Made by a program: the position numbers and the translations under genes. Source: Callorhinchus milii (lineage: Eukaryota). Taken from it: DNA of 64,000 nucleotides. Under the pieces are notes generated by a model that did not search any database, was not told the origin of the DNA, and worked only from the letters and a program-made list of their open reading frames with translations. This document shows positions 14,011 through 27,300 of this stretch, one piece after another; positions within the stretch are counted from its first letter, which is position 1; each line of letters begins with the position of its first letter. The DNA lies in contig NW_024704747.1 in NCBI RefSeq assembly GCF_018977255.1, positions 18,104,001 to 18,168,000 on the forward strand, given 5' to 3'.

Positions 14011-16537
14011 AGATCAGTACTCAGCACCAGCCCAGGCTTTGATCTGAGTCATCATCTACCATTCCCACAGTCTCACCAGTACCACTGTTCCCATTTGGGA
14101 CTATTTCTGGGTTCTCAAATGCCTTGACTTTCAGCCAAGGAGTGCCTTTCTTGTGTTCTCTGATTTCTTGTGGTACGTTAATAATCCTGGCACAATTTAA
14201 CCATTCCCTCAGAATTTTTTTCCCCTCTTTGTTCATATGTTTTTTCTTTCATTGAAGGTTTCAGTTGCCAAGTGGGGAGTTGGGACATGCAACGCGAAGA
14301 AGTATTTAATATTGAGCAGGAGAAATGTCATCTTTACAGCTTTCATGTCAAGTTCTCAGTTTTCAAGAGGAGAGTGTCACTAGCTGTGACCAAACTAATT
14401 ATATCTGGTATTATTTTACCTTCACTACCTCCTCCCCCTCACAAGAGTACCAACTTGGCTCAGTTGGTAACACTCTTGCCTCTGAATCAGAAGGTTGTGA
14501 TTACAAGTCCCACCATTGGGACTTTGAACTCACATAGTCTATGTTAACACCCCAGTGCAGTGCTGGAATGGCGTTCCATTGTTGGAGGTATCTTTCTGAC
14601 TGTCTGCATGTTAAAGATTACAGCTATGCCCAAAAAAACAACCATGTTTGTGACCAATTGAATGACCAATTTTATCTGTGGGATTTTGGACAGGGCACCA
14701 GGAGTAACTCCCTTCTCTTTTAAAATCTCTTCCACGGGATTTTTAACATCCGCCTGAGTGGGCAGACAGGACCTCAGTTTAACATCTTCATCTCATTCAA
14801 AGGAAAGAGTCACTGACAGCGCAGCACCCCCCAGCAGTGTACTGGAGTGGCAGCCTAATCTATATGACTTTCTTTTCTTTCTATAATAGAATTCCTTCAG
14901 ACATTCTGACTGAAAATGACCCAAAGATAACGGAACATGGGAGGATATTGATTGCCATTCAACCCACTCCACCACAGACCATTTATATGCCACTGTGTTG
15001 CCTTCCCTCATTAAGGAGAATGTTGGGAGTGAACTCCAATACAGTGTTAAGGGTGTCCTGCATTGTAGGAGGTGCCGTCCTTTGGATGTGACAAACTGAG
15101 GTCCATCTGCCTGTTCACCTGATCACCTCCGTCTAACCACCATATCCATGTGCCTTTCCACCATTTCACCTCCTATTTTAAATATCCCCCCACCTCCCAC
15201 AAGAAGCAGGAAGCTCAAACGTTCCACTTTGGAAATATGCTTCGGGATTGATGTGATGGTCTTTAAAAGATTAATGTGACTTTTTTTTTGCTTTGCATTA
15301 CATCATTAAAAAGCAGGCCACATTGCTGTTGTCCCTTTCTTCTGGGGGAAATGCCAGGCTAATTGAAAACACGAGCTTCTCTGTGCAGCCTGAACGACTG
15401 GTTTGAGTTACTGAGCTAATGAGACGCTCAATTCAGCACCAAACAATTCAATGTGAGTACGGATTTCTTTCTCAAATCTAATTTTAGGGAAAAAACAAAA
15501 TCTTCTGATGGTATTCCTGTTGTTAAATATTGCGTTGTCGCCAGCCAGTCTGTACAAAAGACACAAGGTCCAATAGCTTTATAAACTATTCTAATGATGT
15601 TGAGTAGAGTTGGAGGCCAACAATCCCTTCGCAACCCAAATGCTCAGTGTATGAATTCTTCCCCTTTAAGACCCGCCTTCCCTCGTTGGGGGAGCGTTGG
15701 GGTGAGCTGCGGGCGGAAGGGCATTGAACACTCAAGGGAAGGCTGCACACTGCATCAGTCAACATGACTCAGTTGGTAGCACTCTTCCTCAGAGACAAAA
15801 GGTTGCGGGTTCAGGCCCCCTATCAGGACCTGGAATTCATATAGACTAGACTAACACTCCAATACACTTTAATGTACAGGCAGTCAGGACTTCAGTTTAA
15901 TGTGTCATCTAAAGGAAGACACCTCCAACAATACAACACCACTCCACTTAACAATAATTGATGTGAAGAGCTTTTAGATAAATAATAACAATAATAATCA
16001 TTCCTTTTGATATAGTGCCTTCCATATCAGGAGATCATCTTAAAGCGCCTCACAGGATATTCTGTAAAATGTATTTTTTTTAGGCAAACATTTGTTTGCT
16101 GTTTTTGGTGTGATAAGGCACTTTATCAAATTCTAAGATTACTATTTATTGTCCCTAACCGTACACTAGGTGATAATAATAATCCTCACATTTGATACAG
16201 CACCTTTCATGCCTTAGAGGACGTCTGAAGGCGCTTCACATGATTCACTGTAAAGTGCAGTATTGGTAGAAAAACCAAATACAATTTGCAGTAAGTCCTG
16301 TGAATTGATTTGAGGTGTCCTCCTGACACAGAAAGCCGTCGGGATAAAATTCCACAGCTCAACAATAACAACAACAGCAACAACAAATTGCATTTATACA
16401 GCGCCCTTTCACCTCGCTCCCCAAGCGCAAACTTCAGCGATGACGAATGCTATCCTGCAAGATTTGCCAGAGGAAGCCAGCGATCAGTGCCCCGCGAAAC
16501 GAAGGGCAATGTTCTACTGAACAAGGTCTGAGAGTCT

Positions 16538-16662
16538 GGTTGATTGATTGATTGATTGATTGAGTGAGGGTGGAGGAGGTAGAGCTTTGTTGGTCAATTG
16601 GATGGGTGGTTGATGTCTGGTTGATGGATGGATGGATGGATGGGTGGGTGGGTGGGGGGGGG
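16538..16662 (+). repeat. Compound microsatellite (GATT)n/(GATG)n/(GGGT)n with G-quadruplex motif
   Basis: Directly visible; GGGTGGGTGGGTGGGGGGGGG at 16642-16662. Confidence 0.85.
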
Positions 16663-16789
16663 TGAAATTTAGTGGGGAAACAGCGCCACTTATTGTGTAC
16701 AAGTCGGAAATACAAGGGGACCCTCAGAGGGGGGTTTGAGAGGAGTACAGCTGGTGGAATTAGAGGAAAGTTTGGGGATAGAGTTGGAT

Positions 16790-17093
16790 CTGGGCAGCAG
16801 TTAGGCGGAGTCTGCTTTGCAAAGTCCTCCTAGTCTAGAGACGCCTGATTCCAGGCTGGACGCGTCTCTCTTTTTTTCAGGGAAACTATTCCTTTTTCCC
16901 TATTTCCATTTCCCCCCACCACCCCCATCCCGTCCTTTTTATCCTTCATTCCCATTTCCAGTGGACCAGGCAAAGCATCCCAAGCCCGATCTTCTAAAAC
17001 AAGACTTATTTTCCTCTCTGGACAGAGAGCTCCCTTCCCCCTGTGGTTTGAATCAGGCAGAAGATCAGCGAACAGATATCAAGGATCGAGCAG
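16790..17093 (+). promoter_or_regulatory. col6a2: Putative TATA-less col6a2 promoter and non-coding exon 1
   Basis: GC-box-like AGGCGGAG (~16803), long pyrimidine-rich tract 16865-16960, and donor CAG|GTAATG at 17093/17094 in repeat-free sequence. Amniote COL6A2 has a non-coding first exon. The TSS cannot be determined from sequence. Confidence 0.45.
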
Positions 17094-20000
17094 GTAATGA
17101 ATGGTAACGTTTAACACAGGGCTGTGTTTTGCAGAGTCGATAAAAGTTTGGCTTAAAGTTTTCCAAAGAGTTTGAGACTTATTTTTAGGGGTGGGGGGGG
17201 GGAAGAAATCCAATTTGGGGCTCATGACTACAAAATTGCAAGAGTCGCAAAGCAGCTTTTATATCAAGTTGTGGTTCTTAAATGAGTTCTCTTACTCTTT
17301 GCTCTTAACTCTTAAGAGCTAATTCTCCAGTTCCAGTTGAGATGTCTTGAGCACAAATTAGTCTTCAGCCACTGCAGTGACTAACGTCTGGAGCGCTCCG
17401 TGGGGCACTGTTTTGTTGTGTTGATATAATAATATAATAAATCATAATCATGCTGCGTACGATGATTAGAAGCAAGATTTATTTTGCTGAAGAATGTTCA
17501 AACTCTGAAATTCCAGTTTTCGCTCTACCCATTCCCTTGCTCCCTTGTAAGGCGAGTTAACTGTTTCAGCGCAGGTAGAGAGCGCATGCCCAATCGTAAA
17601 GCGATCATCGAAATGTTCTGCTGCTGTTGTAAGTGTTGGCAGAAATGGTCAGCTAAATTGCTTTTGGCTCAGAGTAAACCATAACTGTTCTGTTAAAGTC
17701 CCTTAAACTATTCCGTCCTTCGTACGTGGCAAGCGAATGAGCAACCGATTCATTTTGGATTTGGGGGTAAATTTGGGTCGGGATGGGGGAGGGGAATTTC
17801 TGGGCCCTGGAAGGTGCTGTTTCATGGTGTGGAACTGGCTGTGGACTTATCAGTCACACACAACAGTCCTGTCGAATTCCTGCAGGCCTGGCACGGGGAG
17901 GAAAAGCTTAACATGTTTTTGATTTAAATGGGTTAAATACTGAAGACTCATTGACTCCAAATAATAACTTGCTGGTGAATACATCCTAGGGCTTATGAAT
18001 GAGACTCATGAATCACTAAAGCTATGAGATACCGAACACTCGCACCTCTATAACATATCCTGCAGAGATTTACAAAAAGCAAATATTTAGGCTTAGATTA
18101 TTTTTGGGGATGGGGTGGAGTAATGAGCTACAGGGGTGTTTCTTGTCAACTTTACGCCCCCTAATGTTCTTTCTCCGCAATATAAGATCCAAGGACATTT
18201 TTTTAACCCTTTGAGGTTAACACTAGTTGGTGTAACAGTAAGGCTGCTGTTATTTCACTGCAAATCCATTGATCAGTTGTTAGCATGACATCAGAGTCCA
18301 CTGACCTCCAATAGTACTCCTTTCTCCTGTCCCTGCCCCGCCCTGCTGTATGTGGAATTGCCACCAGTCCCTTTTGAAAATGAGGATCTGAGCGTGGATT
18401 TGCATGGATCCATCCAGTAATACACCCGGAGTGACAATAAGGAGAGAAATTGTACCTGGATCCAGTTTTACTCATGTTTTGTGGCATTTCAGAGTATCCA
18501 GAATTTGACAAGTTCTTAAATATGGCCATAATTTTGCTGATAAGTTAAGACTAAATTCTTAACAACGTGCTCCAATCTGGCACTCGACAATTCACATTTA
18601 TACCTTTCACGTCGGGAGGACACCTCAAAGCGTTTGACGATGCTGGATGGACAACTGAGCAGCGGGTGGCTACCTGCCTGCGCAGGAACTGTGTGTGGGT
18701 TTCAGTAAGGAAGTGGACAAATATGTGAAAAGCAACGGTTTGAAGGAGGTATGAGGATATGGCGGGGGAGTGGGTTTGAATGGATAGCTTGCTCTGAGAA
18801 GCGGTGCAGACTCGATGGGCTGAATGGTCTCCTTCTGCACTGTAAATTTCTTGGTGACTTAGTCATCATTGCTCTGTTGGTGTATTGGAAGCACTTGGCT
18901 CCTATAGCAAGTTTTCATTTAGCAAATGGAAGTATTGGTTGGTTATTATTATCTCTCTCCCTCTCATGACCAAGGGAGGGTGAGCAGCAGAGTGGGGAAG
19001 GAGAAGATCACAGAGATAGGGAGGTGCCGGGGTGTGAAGGCATTTTCAGGCGAGGATAAGGACTTTGAAGTCCATGCATTGAGAGTGGAGCCTGGCGAGG
19101 GCTGGGGTGATGGGCCTGTAGAGGTTGATGTGGGTTGCGGAGTTTGGTATCAGATGGAGGTTTTGGATGGTGGAACCAGGGTGCGAGCTTGAGCTACAGG
19201 TGTGGGAAATGTGAGAAATACCTCACTGGTGCAGTAGAGGGCACATTTCTAGGTTTGAAGCCTGAATGCATTGCAATAATTGTATTATTGCTCAGGAAAA
19301 TGCCCTGGCAGGTATCAAAACACACCTGGAGGAAGGTGGACAGGATAGCGTGGGGCTATTGAAAATCTGGCCTGTAGCCACCAAGGAACTTCAGGTTTGG
19401 GATCTTGGCTGGGGATTGGGAATGTTGACTTGTGTTGGTCAGAAGCAAGGCAAGACATCGCCTGATGTGAATGCTTGCTGCTGGCGCAAGAAAGGTTAAG
19501 GGTTTGCATTTGCTAACCTTTGCGTCATGTGGAATATTTGAGGTTGCTTATTCCTTTCAATCAGAACCCAATGGCTGAGAAGACATTTAATGAAAGCTTG
19601 TGTGACCAAATAAATGTCCAGTGTAAATCAACCTTATTTATTAAGTGCATGTGGCATGTAATTGAAATTAATTAATAATGGTTTCCTGTAACAACAATAG
19701 CAGCTTGCATAGAAAAAAGGAGCACTTAACAATCACATAGTTTGATGCCTAACCGGGGAAACGGGGAGGTGACCGTAGACACAATCGAAGAGGAAAGTCT
19801 TCAGATGCAATATGAAGACGGGCAAGGAGAGAGCGAGGCAGAGGTTATTGAGACTCTGTTTAACAATGCAAACAGAGCAGAGTCTCTGCTCCGTGCCCAC
19901 CTCTTCCTGTCCCAACCCAGCTCCATAGCTATATGCAGCCACATAAAAAGATTCATTTTATTTTCTGCTTGAAAATAAAACAAACCAGATCTGATACAGG

Positions 20001-21232
20001 TACAGAGAGGATACCTCTGATGGCAATCTTTTCAATTGATATCATGCCGTTAAGGCATTTCACAGGAATTTACAGTGAGTGTTTGTAGGCAAACGAGTGG
20101 TTATGAGGGACTATCTTTAGCCCTGTGCCTGACTTGCATGATCCCATCCCCACCTTGCAACTGTATAACCCAATCCCTTCTGCTCTAGAAACTCACTTCA
20201 ATTTTGCAATATTTCTTAACCATTTCTTAATTAAGAAATCCATGATGGTGGTGGGGGAAAGTGAACTTTCATCCAGTAACGGGATGTATGTATCACACCT
20301 TGTCTTCACACCAACCTTCGGGAGGCATGCCAAGGTTTAATTGCTTACAGAATGTTGTTAAGGAACTTCTGCAATATTGGGCAGCCTCTTCCCCCCCCCC
20401 TCCCCGCCCCCACCACCACCACACATCCTTTGACCCTATTTGCACTGCTCTGGATTTCCCCAGTAGGCGGGTGGATCCTGAATGGTTTGGAAATGGAACT
20501 GGATCAGTTAAACAGGAGTTGGCCATGTGTGTGTTGAGTTGAGTTCTGGGACACAATTCCAAGTGTGCATAGCCACCTGTAACCTAACCTGTACCAAATT
20601 CCACACCTCCATCACTCCAGGCTCTGCTGGCTCCCTGTTGCAGAATGGATCGATTTCGAGATCCTTACCCTCACTTCCAAATTACTTCATGCTCTGGCAC
20701 CTGACTACCTCTCCACCTGCTTACACCCCACTATTCTAGCCCCCCTCCCCCTCCACCTTGCCCAACTAGCTCAGGCGTCTGCATGTCCCTCGCCCCCTCC
20801 GCTCCATCATCGGAAGCCATGCTTCCAGCTACTACATCCCAAACCACATGTGAAGGTGCTCTATAAAAGCAAGTTATTTTTTCATTGAGCAGGAGGGATT
20901 GGGTACAGTACGGAGGGCAAGGGGTGCTTTCTGTTAGTGCTCGAGAGTCAGGATGGAGGAGGTGGGGGAAGGGGTGGGCACATTCAGAGAAGCTTGTCAC
21001 AGAATCCTGGAATCAGAGCCTGGGCTGGGAAGAGATCTAAATGATGGTGATGAGGAAAATATGAAAATAACTCACATTGCTGCACAAGATCCTGATAGGA
21101 GATTTGGCAATATCGTCTTCATCTGAACCTCCCTTACGATCTTGTGAACTCGCGATTTCCAGCCTTCTGACAAATCTAATATTGCTGTTTCTGCCCTTCC
21201 CAGCAGGTGGTGCTGCCGACCTGAGGTAGAAA

Positions 21233-21349
21233 ATGTTTCTGAAAGCGTTGCCATTGCTCCTGATAGCTTGGAACCTCGGGGGCTCTGTGAGAAGCCAAGA
21301 CTTGGAACCACGGGGCCCCAGGCCCCCCCAAATTCAGGGGGATGTTTAG
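21233..21349 (+). CDS. col6a2: col6a2 exon 2 coding part (signal peptide; 1-nt frameshift as assembled)
   Basis: Tandem acceptor CCAG|CAG| at 21201-21206, ATG 21233 [23 protein letters not shown], donor TTAG|GTAGGG at 21349. The exon end in the shifted frame reads ...PPNSGGCL(A), matching human ...NNNCP(E). Confidence 0.8.
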   Translation: MFLKALPLLLIAWNLGGSVRSQDLEPRGPRPPQIQGDV

Positions 21350-24300
21350 GTAGGGCAACAAGAACCTTTTGGAAAATGTTTCTGGGATCTGTATAACTCT
21401 GTGTATTTGAAACAATAATAATAATCCTTGCATTTGATATAAAGTTTTTCACGTCAAGAGGACATCTCGAAGTGCCTTACAGGATATACTGTAAAGTGTA
21501 GTGACTGTATATTTTGTAGGACAATGCAGCAGCCCACAAAACAATCTCCCACAAATAGCCATGAAACGAATGACCAATTTTATTTGGGGGATTGTTGGCC
21601 AGGACACTGGGAGAAATTGCCTTCTTTTTTCGAATAGTGCCTTGGGATTTTTAACTTCCATCTACCTGAACAGGCAGTTTAATGTCTCATCCGAAGGACG
21701 GCACCTTCAACTCCAGCACTGCATTGGAGTGTCAGCTTAGACGATGTGAGTTCAAGTCCCAATGTGGGGCTCGAACCCACAATCTTCTGACTCAGAGGTG
21801 AGAGTGCACATGAGGTGCTGTGTTTCACCCACAAACTACTCAGTCGCTTCACTTTACAGTATATCCTGTCAAGTGCTTTAAGATGTCTTCATTACATGAT
21901 AAGGTGCTAAATTAAAGGCAAATATTATTATTATTGCACCACATCGATGCTGAACAGTAATCCTATCCTTTCCAATCTGGGTTGTGTTCCAGCGAAGCCT
22001 GATTGCTTGGTGAATGTGTACTTTGTCATCGACACCTCTGAGAGTGTGGCTCTGCAGTTCGGAATCCAAGGCAGCCTGGTTGATCTCGAGAAAACCTTCA
22101 CCAAGAACATTGTGGAGAAGTTGCAGGATGCAGTCTTCAAGGACCGGGTCCAGTTACTCTGGCAGTTCGGGGGCCTACACTTCTCTGACCAAGTGATCGA
22201 GTTCAGCCCTATCACCTCCAACAAAAGGGAATTTCTCAACAAACTCACGCAAATCAGGTACATCGGCCGCGGGACCTTCACGGATTGCGCCCTCGGGAAC
22301 ATGACTGCAAACGTGTTGCAGCACATGGGGCAGGATACACGCATGAACTTTGCCGTGGTCATCACGGACGGCCATGTGACCGGGAGCCCCTGCGGAGGGA
22401 TGCAGCTCATGGCAGAACGGGCCAGGGACGCCGGCATCCATGTGTTTTCCATCTCCACGGACGACAACAAGTACGAACAAGGTTTGAAGACCATCGCTAA
22501 CTTACCCCACGAGCTCTACCGAAATGATTACAAGGCATCATCCCTGGCAGATCCGTCGAAGCCCGAACAGACCATAGATCGAATCATTAAAGTCATGGTG
22601 AGTGCTCCTTGCCTGTGTTTTCCTTCCAACTCCCGTCATACAAACCATCTCCACATTTCATTAGAGGTCCTACGTTTAAATTGAAAAATTCTCCCCAGAA
22701 CAGTCTCATGGGCCTAGTTTTGGCCCACGAGACGGCTCTGGGGAGAACTCTTCAATTTGGAAGCCATTTCTTCTCAAGAGCTGTGGAAAAACGGCTTCCA
22801 GATGAAGACAGGTTAAACATATTTCCACAATCATGCGTGCTTTTAATGTTATCAGGCAAATTGGGTCTCACAGACGAGTTGGTACATTAGGCCTATGTTT
22901 TTTTTTTCTGTGAAGAGCTGTCCTGTTATCAATCAGCTCTACTGAGTGTTAGGAAGGGAAGGGAAGTATCTGTGCTTGACTCATTGATCATCTCGCCAAA
23001 GACCATCACTCTACCTCTTCTCTAAACGACTTCCACCCAGCCCGTGTGGGCATCCTGGCCTCTTATCATTAAATCTGGGTTACGGGGAAAGAGCGGGTTA
23101 GTGGGACTGATTGGGTAGCTCTTCCAAAGCACCAGCATGGGCACGATGGGCCAAATGGCTTCCTTCTGTGCTGTAATATTCTATGATTCTATGATTCTAA
23201 TTTCACAACGTGTTTACCACATCAATAAACCGCCTTGGTGAAAATTTCCATCAGGGTTTAGATTTATTCCAATAGAACACGAGTCATGGGGAATCCCATT
23301 ATAAAAACAATATGTTGAATTTGGAACAAAAACAGAGATCGCTGGGAACACTCAGCAGGTCAGGCAGCATATATGGTGAAAATAAAGTGGGTCAACTCGG
23401 TTTTGAGGAAGGGTTGTGGACCCGAAACCTTGACCCACTTTCCCTTCTCCATAGATGCTGCCTGACCTGCTGAGTGTTCCCAGCGATCTCTGTTTTTGTT
23501 TCAGATATCCAGCATCTGCAGTATTTTACATTTTATTTATGTTGACTTTGGAGCTGTCTTTCTAATGGGATTCTCCATCCCTAGTGTTCATCTAAAGTAC
23601 AGTAAATATAGACCCTAGTGGAGTTTCTCACCAAGGCAGTTTATTGATGTGGTAAACATCTTGTGAATTTAGTAGTAGAGGCCAGGTTGGTTCAAGAAAC
23701 AGCTCGATGCGGCAATGGGAAGGTAGTTTGTTTTATATTCTGGTGGGAATATTTAAATACTTCCAACAGGTGAGGCTTAGAGATGGGTGCATTGAAGTAG
23801 TCTGATGAGACATTGAAAGGGTATTGATCAGACTCAATGGACCAATGACCTCCCCCACCATCGTATTGTTACTGTATTACTGTCTCCGCAAACCTCCAGA
23901 TAACTTGCACGTCACATTTTATTTTGCAGGAGTTTGCCCACAAATGCACACTGTTACACTACTTTACAATACATACTGTGAAGTGCTTCGATATGTTTCA
24001 ACAATGTGATAAGATACTTTATCAATGTGAGAATTATTACTATTATGTTATTACTGACTTTGAATTACATATTTTAATTATATCAAATGCAAGGACTATT
24101 AATATTATTTGCAGGTATTATATTTGGAGGTAATTTTACTGTTCAATTGTGTGAAAAATAATTATGTGTGGAGAGAAATTCCATCTGGGTCTGGATCCCC
24201 TTTACTAAAATGGTATTTCAGGTCTTTCAGAATTTGTCACATAGTTAAATAAAATCTTAAATGTTGAAGCTGGTTTTCTGTTTTAAAAGTTTATTTTAAG

Positions 24301-27300
24301 AGCGACCGAAAACAGGCTTCAAAGTTAAAACGGAATCAATTTAAGACATTGTCAAAATCTGCACACTCTGAAATGCTGTGTTAATAGATAAATCCAGACC
24401 CCGGTGAAAGTTCTAACCATAGGTTGCATATAGCAACAACACTGTAGTAATGTCTAGAGAACTGGTGGCCAACCTTTTTGGTCGATCAACAAAATAAATA
24501 TTTTTGATTAAATATTTCTCGATTTATGGCACAAATCAAGAAATATTCAATCAAGGAAAAACTAAAAACACAGGACCGATCGAACACAGACTGACTTCCG
24601 TAGACTCGTGCAAATGTTCGGGGGCTGCTGTAGCCAGCCCTAGGTTGGGCATTGCTGGTCTAGAGCCCTGCCTCAGTACTGGGCTGTTCAAAGCCAATCT
24701 GTAAGTGTGATCTCTGTGATCTTGTTCAGCAGCACTCGTAATGAATAACTTTTATCTGGTTTCTTGTTTCAGCAAACCAAAGCCTTCAATAATGTAAGTG
24801 TTTTACACCTGCTTACTGCTCTTCATTCCTCCGCATGTTGAACTCTGAGCTGTTTTCATAACGAGATTCTCTATCCCTATTGTTCGTTATTCGCTCAAAG
24901 TGGGGAATGAACTTTTGTTTTTTTTATACTTGTACTTGTCATTCGTGGAGTCCTGTAGCTCAGTGGTTAGAGCACTCGCTTTGCAAGTGAGAGACCTGAG
25001 TTCAATTCCAGGCAGGACGAAACCTTGGGCAAGTTTCCTTACTCCACACGCCTAATAATAATCCCTCCAAAAACCAAAAACAATAATAAATTGGTCATTT
25101 TCAATCTACAACTGTTTGTGGGACATTGCTGTGCGCAATTGGCTGCCGCGTTCGCCCACAAATATACAGTCAATTCACTTTACAGTGTGTTCTGTGAAGC
25201 GCTTTGGGACGTCCTCCTGACGTGAAAAACGCTATATCAAATGCAAGGATTATTATTATTTGTAAATACTGTACTAACAATTGCTCGTGAGAAAATACGC
25301 TGGCATTGACTATAAAATAAAAATTTGACTTTCCAATTAAAAATCTAAATTTAATTGAAACTAATTGTTTAACGGACAGGATGTTCGCCACTACACCTTA
25401 CATTAAAATCCTGTGAAGTGCTTTCAGACATCCTCCAGATGTGAAAGATGCTACATCGAATGCAATTATTATTATTATAATTTTTTTCAGTCATCAGAGT
25501 GTCTGACACATGCAGAAACCTATCACTATGCTTTATGTACACCACCTGCAAACGGAAATTTTCCCGTGTCTGGAATGGAATGTGAACTCTCTTCTGGAGA
25601 GATGCATCCTGCTTACTTAATTTCAGGGAGTATTCGGCACAGATTGTCAAAAGCCAACACTCACGTCCCTAGAGTGTGTGGTGGATTACTGCTGGAGTCC
25701 AACCAGCTAAAATACACATAGCTTGCCATTGAAAGCACTGCCTGGCAAGCTTTCCTGCTGCTTGTCCAGCTAAGACATTAGGGCTTTGGCTTGCGGGGTT
25801 TACAGAGGTGAGTGGAAAGAATCCCTGCCCCCACTAACTGAGCTGTCCCTCCAAGTCCTGCCGATGAGCCAGGCTGGCTGTGCTGTCATAGCAGTACCCT
25901 GAAAGACTGCGGACCTGTCTGGCTCAGGGACTGGACAACTAACCAAGACCACCACAGAGGGTGGCACAATTCTGTCACCCTGTTGCCGAACTATCACCTT
26001 GAAGTCAGTTCAGCTCCCAGGAGACTCCTCTTAACTCCATCAGTCTCGGAAGCCTGACCTTTATATTACAACTTACGATTTGATGAAAATATTATGTTTT
26101 ATTTGGAAAATGTACAGTTTGAAATAATAAGCCAGGCCTGAATTATAGATTGATAAAATCATCAGTGTCATGACTGAGCTTACCAACTGGAGGTGGATTT
26201 CAAAGTTGAAATCAGTGAGGACCTGACTGCTTAGTTCAGAGAATGTGTGAGCATTAAAGGTAAAGACATGCTCTGAGGCTTGCCAATGTAAAGTGATCAC
26301 CTCAATAACCACCAGTTTTCTGACTTTCAGTGCTACAAAATGAAGTGCCTGGAATATCCTGGAACTCTGGGTCCAAAGGGGTTCAAAGGGCGCAAGGTAA
26401 GAGAGATTTCAGCGTTGCTGTATTGGAGACAGTAACAGCGACATTACAGCACTTGACTCTAGACGCGGAGAAATGGAAAGCAAAATGTGCAATTATGCTT
26501 TTTTTTGGTATCAGCCTGGCTCAGCCATTGCACTCTCACCTTGAAGTCAGAAGGCTGAGGGTTCAAGCCCCATGTCAGGAGTTTGAACTCACTCTGCTCC
26601 AGGCTGACTCTCCAGTGCAGTGCTGGGGTTTGCTGCATTGTCAGAGGTGCCATCCTTCAGATCCAATGTTTAACCAAGGTCCCGTTTGCCTCTTCAGACG
26701 TTAAAGATCCCTTGGAACTATTTGAACAGAGAAAGGAGTTTCTCCTGGTGTCCTGGCCAATAACTCCCCACCCACCCCAGATAAAACTGGCGATTCACTT
26801 CATGGCTGTTTATCAGACATTGTCTCTGTACAAATTGGTGTTTGCCTACGAAATACATACACCTTAAAGTGGATTTTAAAAAGCGCTTTGAGACGCCCCC
26901 ATCCAGTCACCTGCGGGGTACCCCAAGGTTCCATCCTTGAAGCCGTTCTCTTCCTCGTCTATATGCTCCCTCTCAGAGATGTCATCTGCAGACACAGGAT
27001 TAACTTCCACACGTATGCGGATGACACTCAACACTACTTCTCTTCCAGCTGCGACCCCCAGTCCTCTGATGTTCTGTCAGCTTGTCTGATAGACATCAAG
27101 GCCTGGATGAGCACAAATTTCTTGCAGTTAAACGTCAAAACGGAAGCCATAGATTTTGTCGACATCTTCTGTCGTGCGGTTCAGACCTCCTCAACCTACC
27201 CGATCCATCCTTAAAACTCTGAACCCGTGCACAACTTTGGCATCAGATTCCATCCCCAGTTATCCTTCCTTCCCCACATCTGGTCCCTGACCAAAACCGC

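Noticed and set aside
91-16500. Short ORFs upstream of col6a2, including 4653-5132 (159 aa) and 5817-6298
   Set aside because: No recognisable domains or consistent exon signals; many overlap SINE/LINE fragments. No col6a1 exons were seen.
19742-19972. Acidic, protein-like ORF (GEVTVDTIEEESLQMQYEDG...) in intron 1
   Set aside because: It is largely the antisense reading of a degraded L2 3' end (minus strand CTGAAGACTTTCCTCTTCGA...GGTCACCT).
21931-22494. Long antisense ORFs over the vWA exons (also 45162-45635 and 55702-56259)
   Set aside because: Shadow ORFs expected from GC3-rich coding sequence on the opposite strand.
24947-25020. Possible tRNA-Ala gene
   Set aside because: The acceptor stem is not intact and the sequence continues into a multi-copy SINE body, so it is a SINE head.
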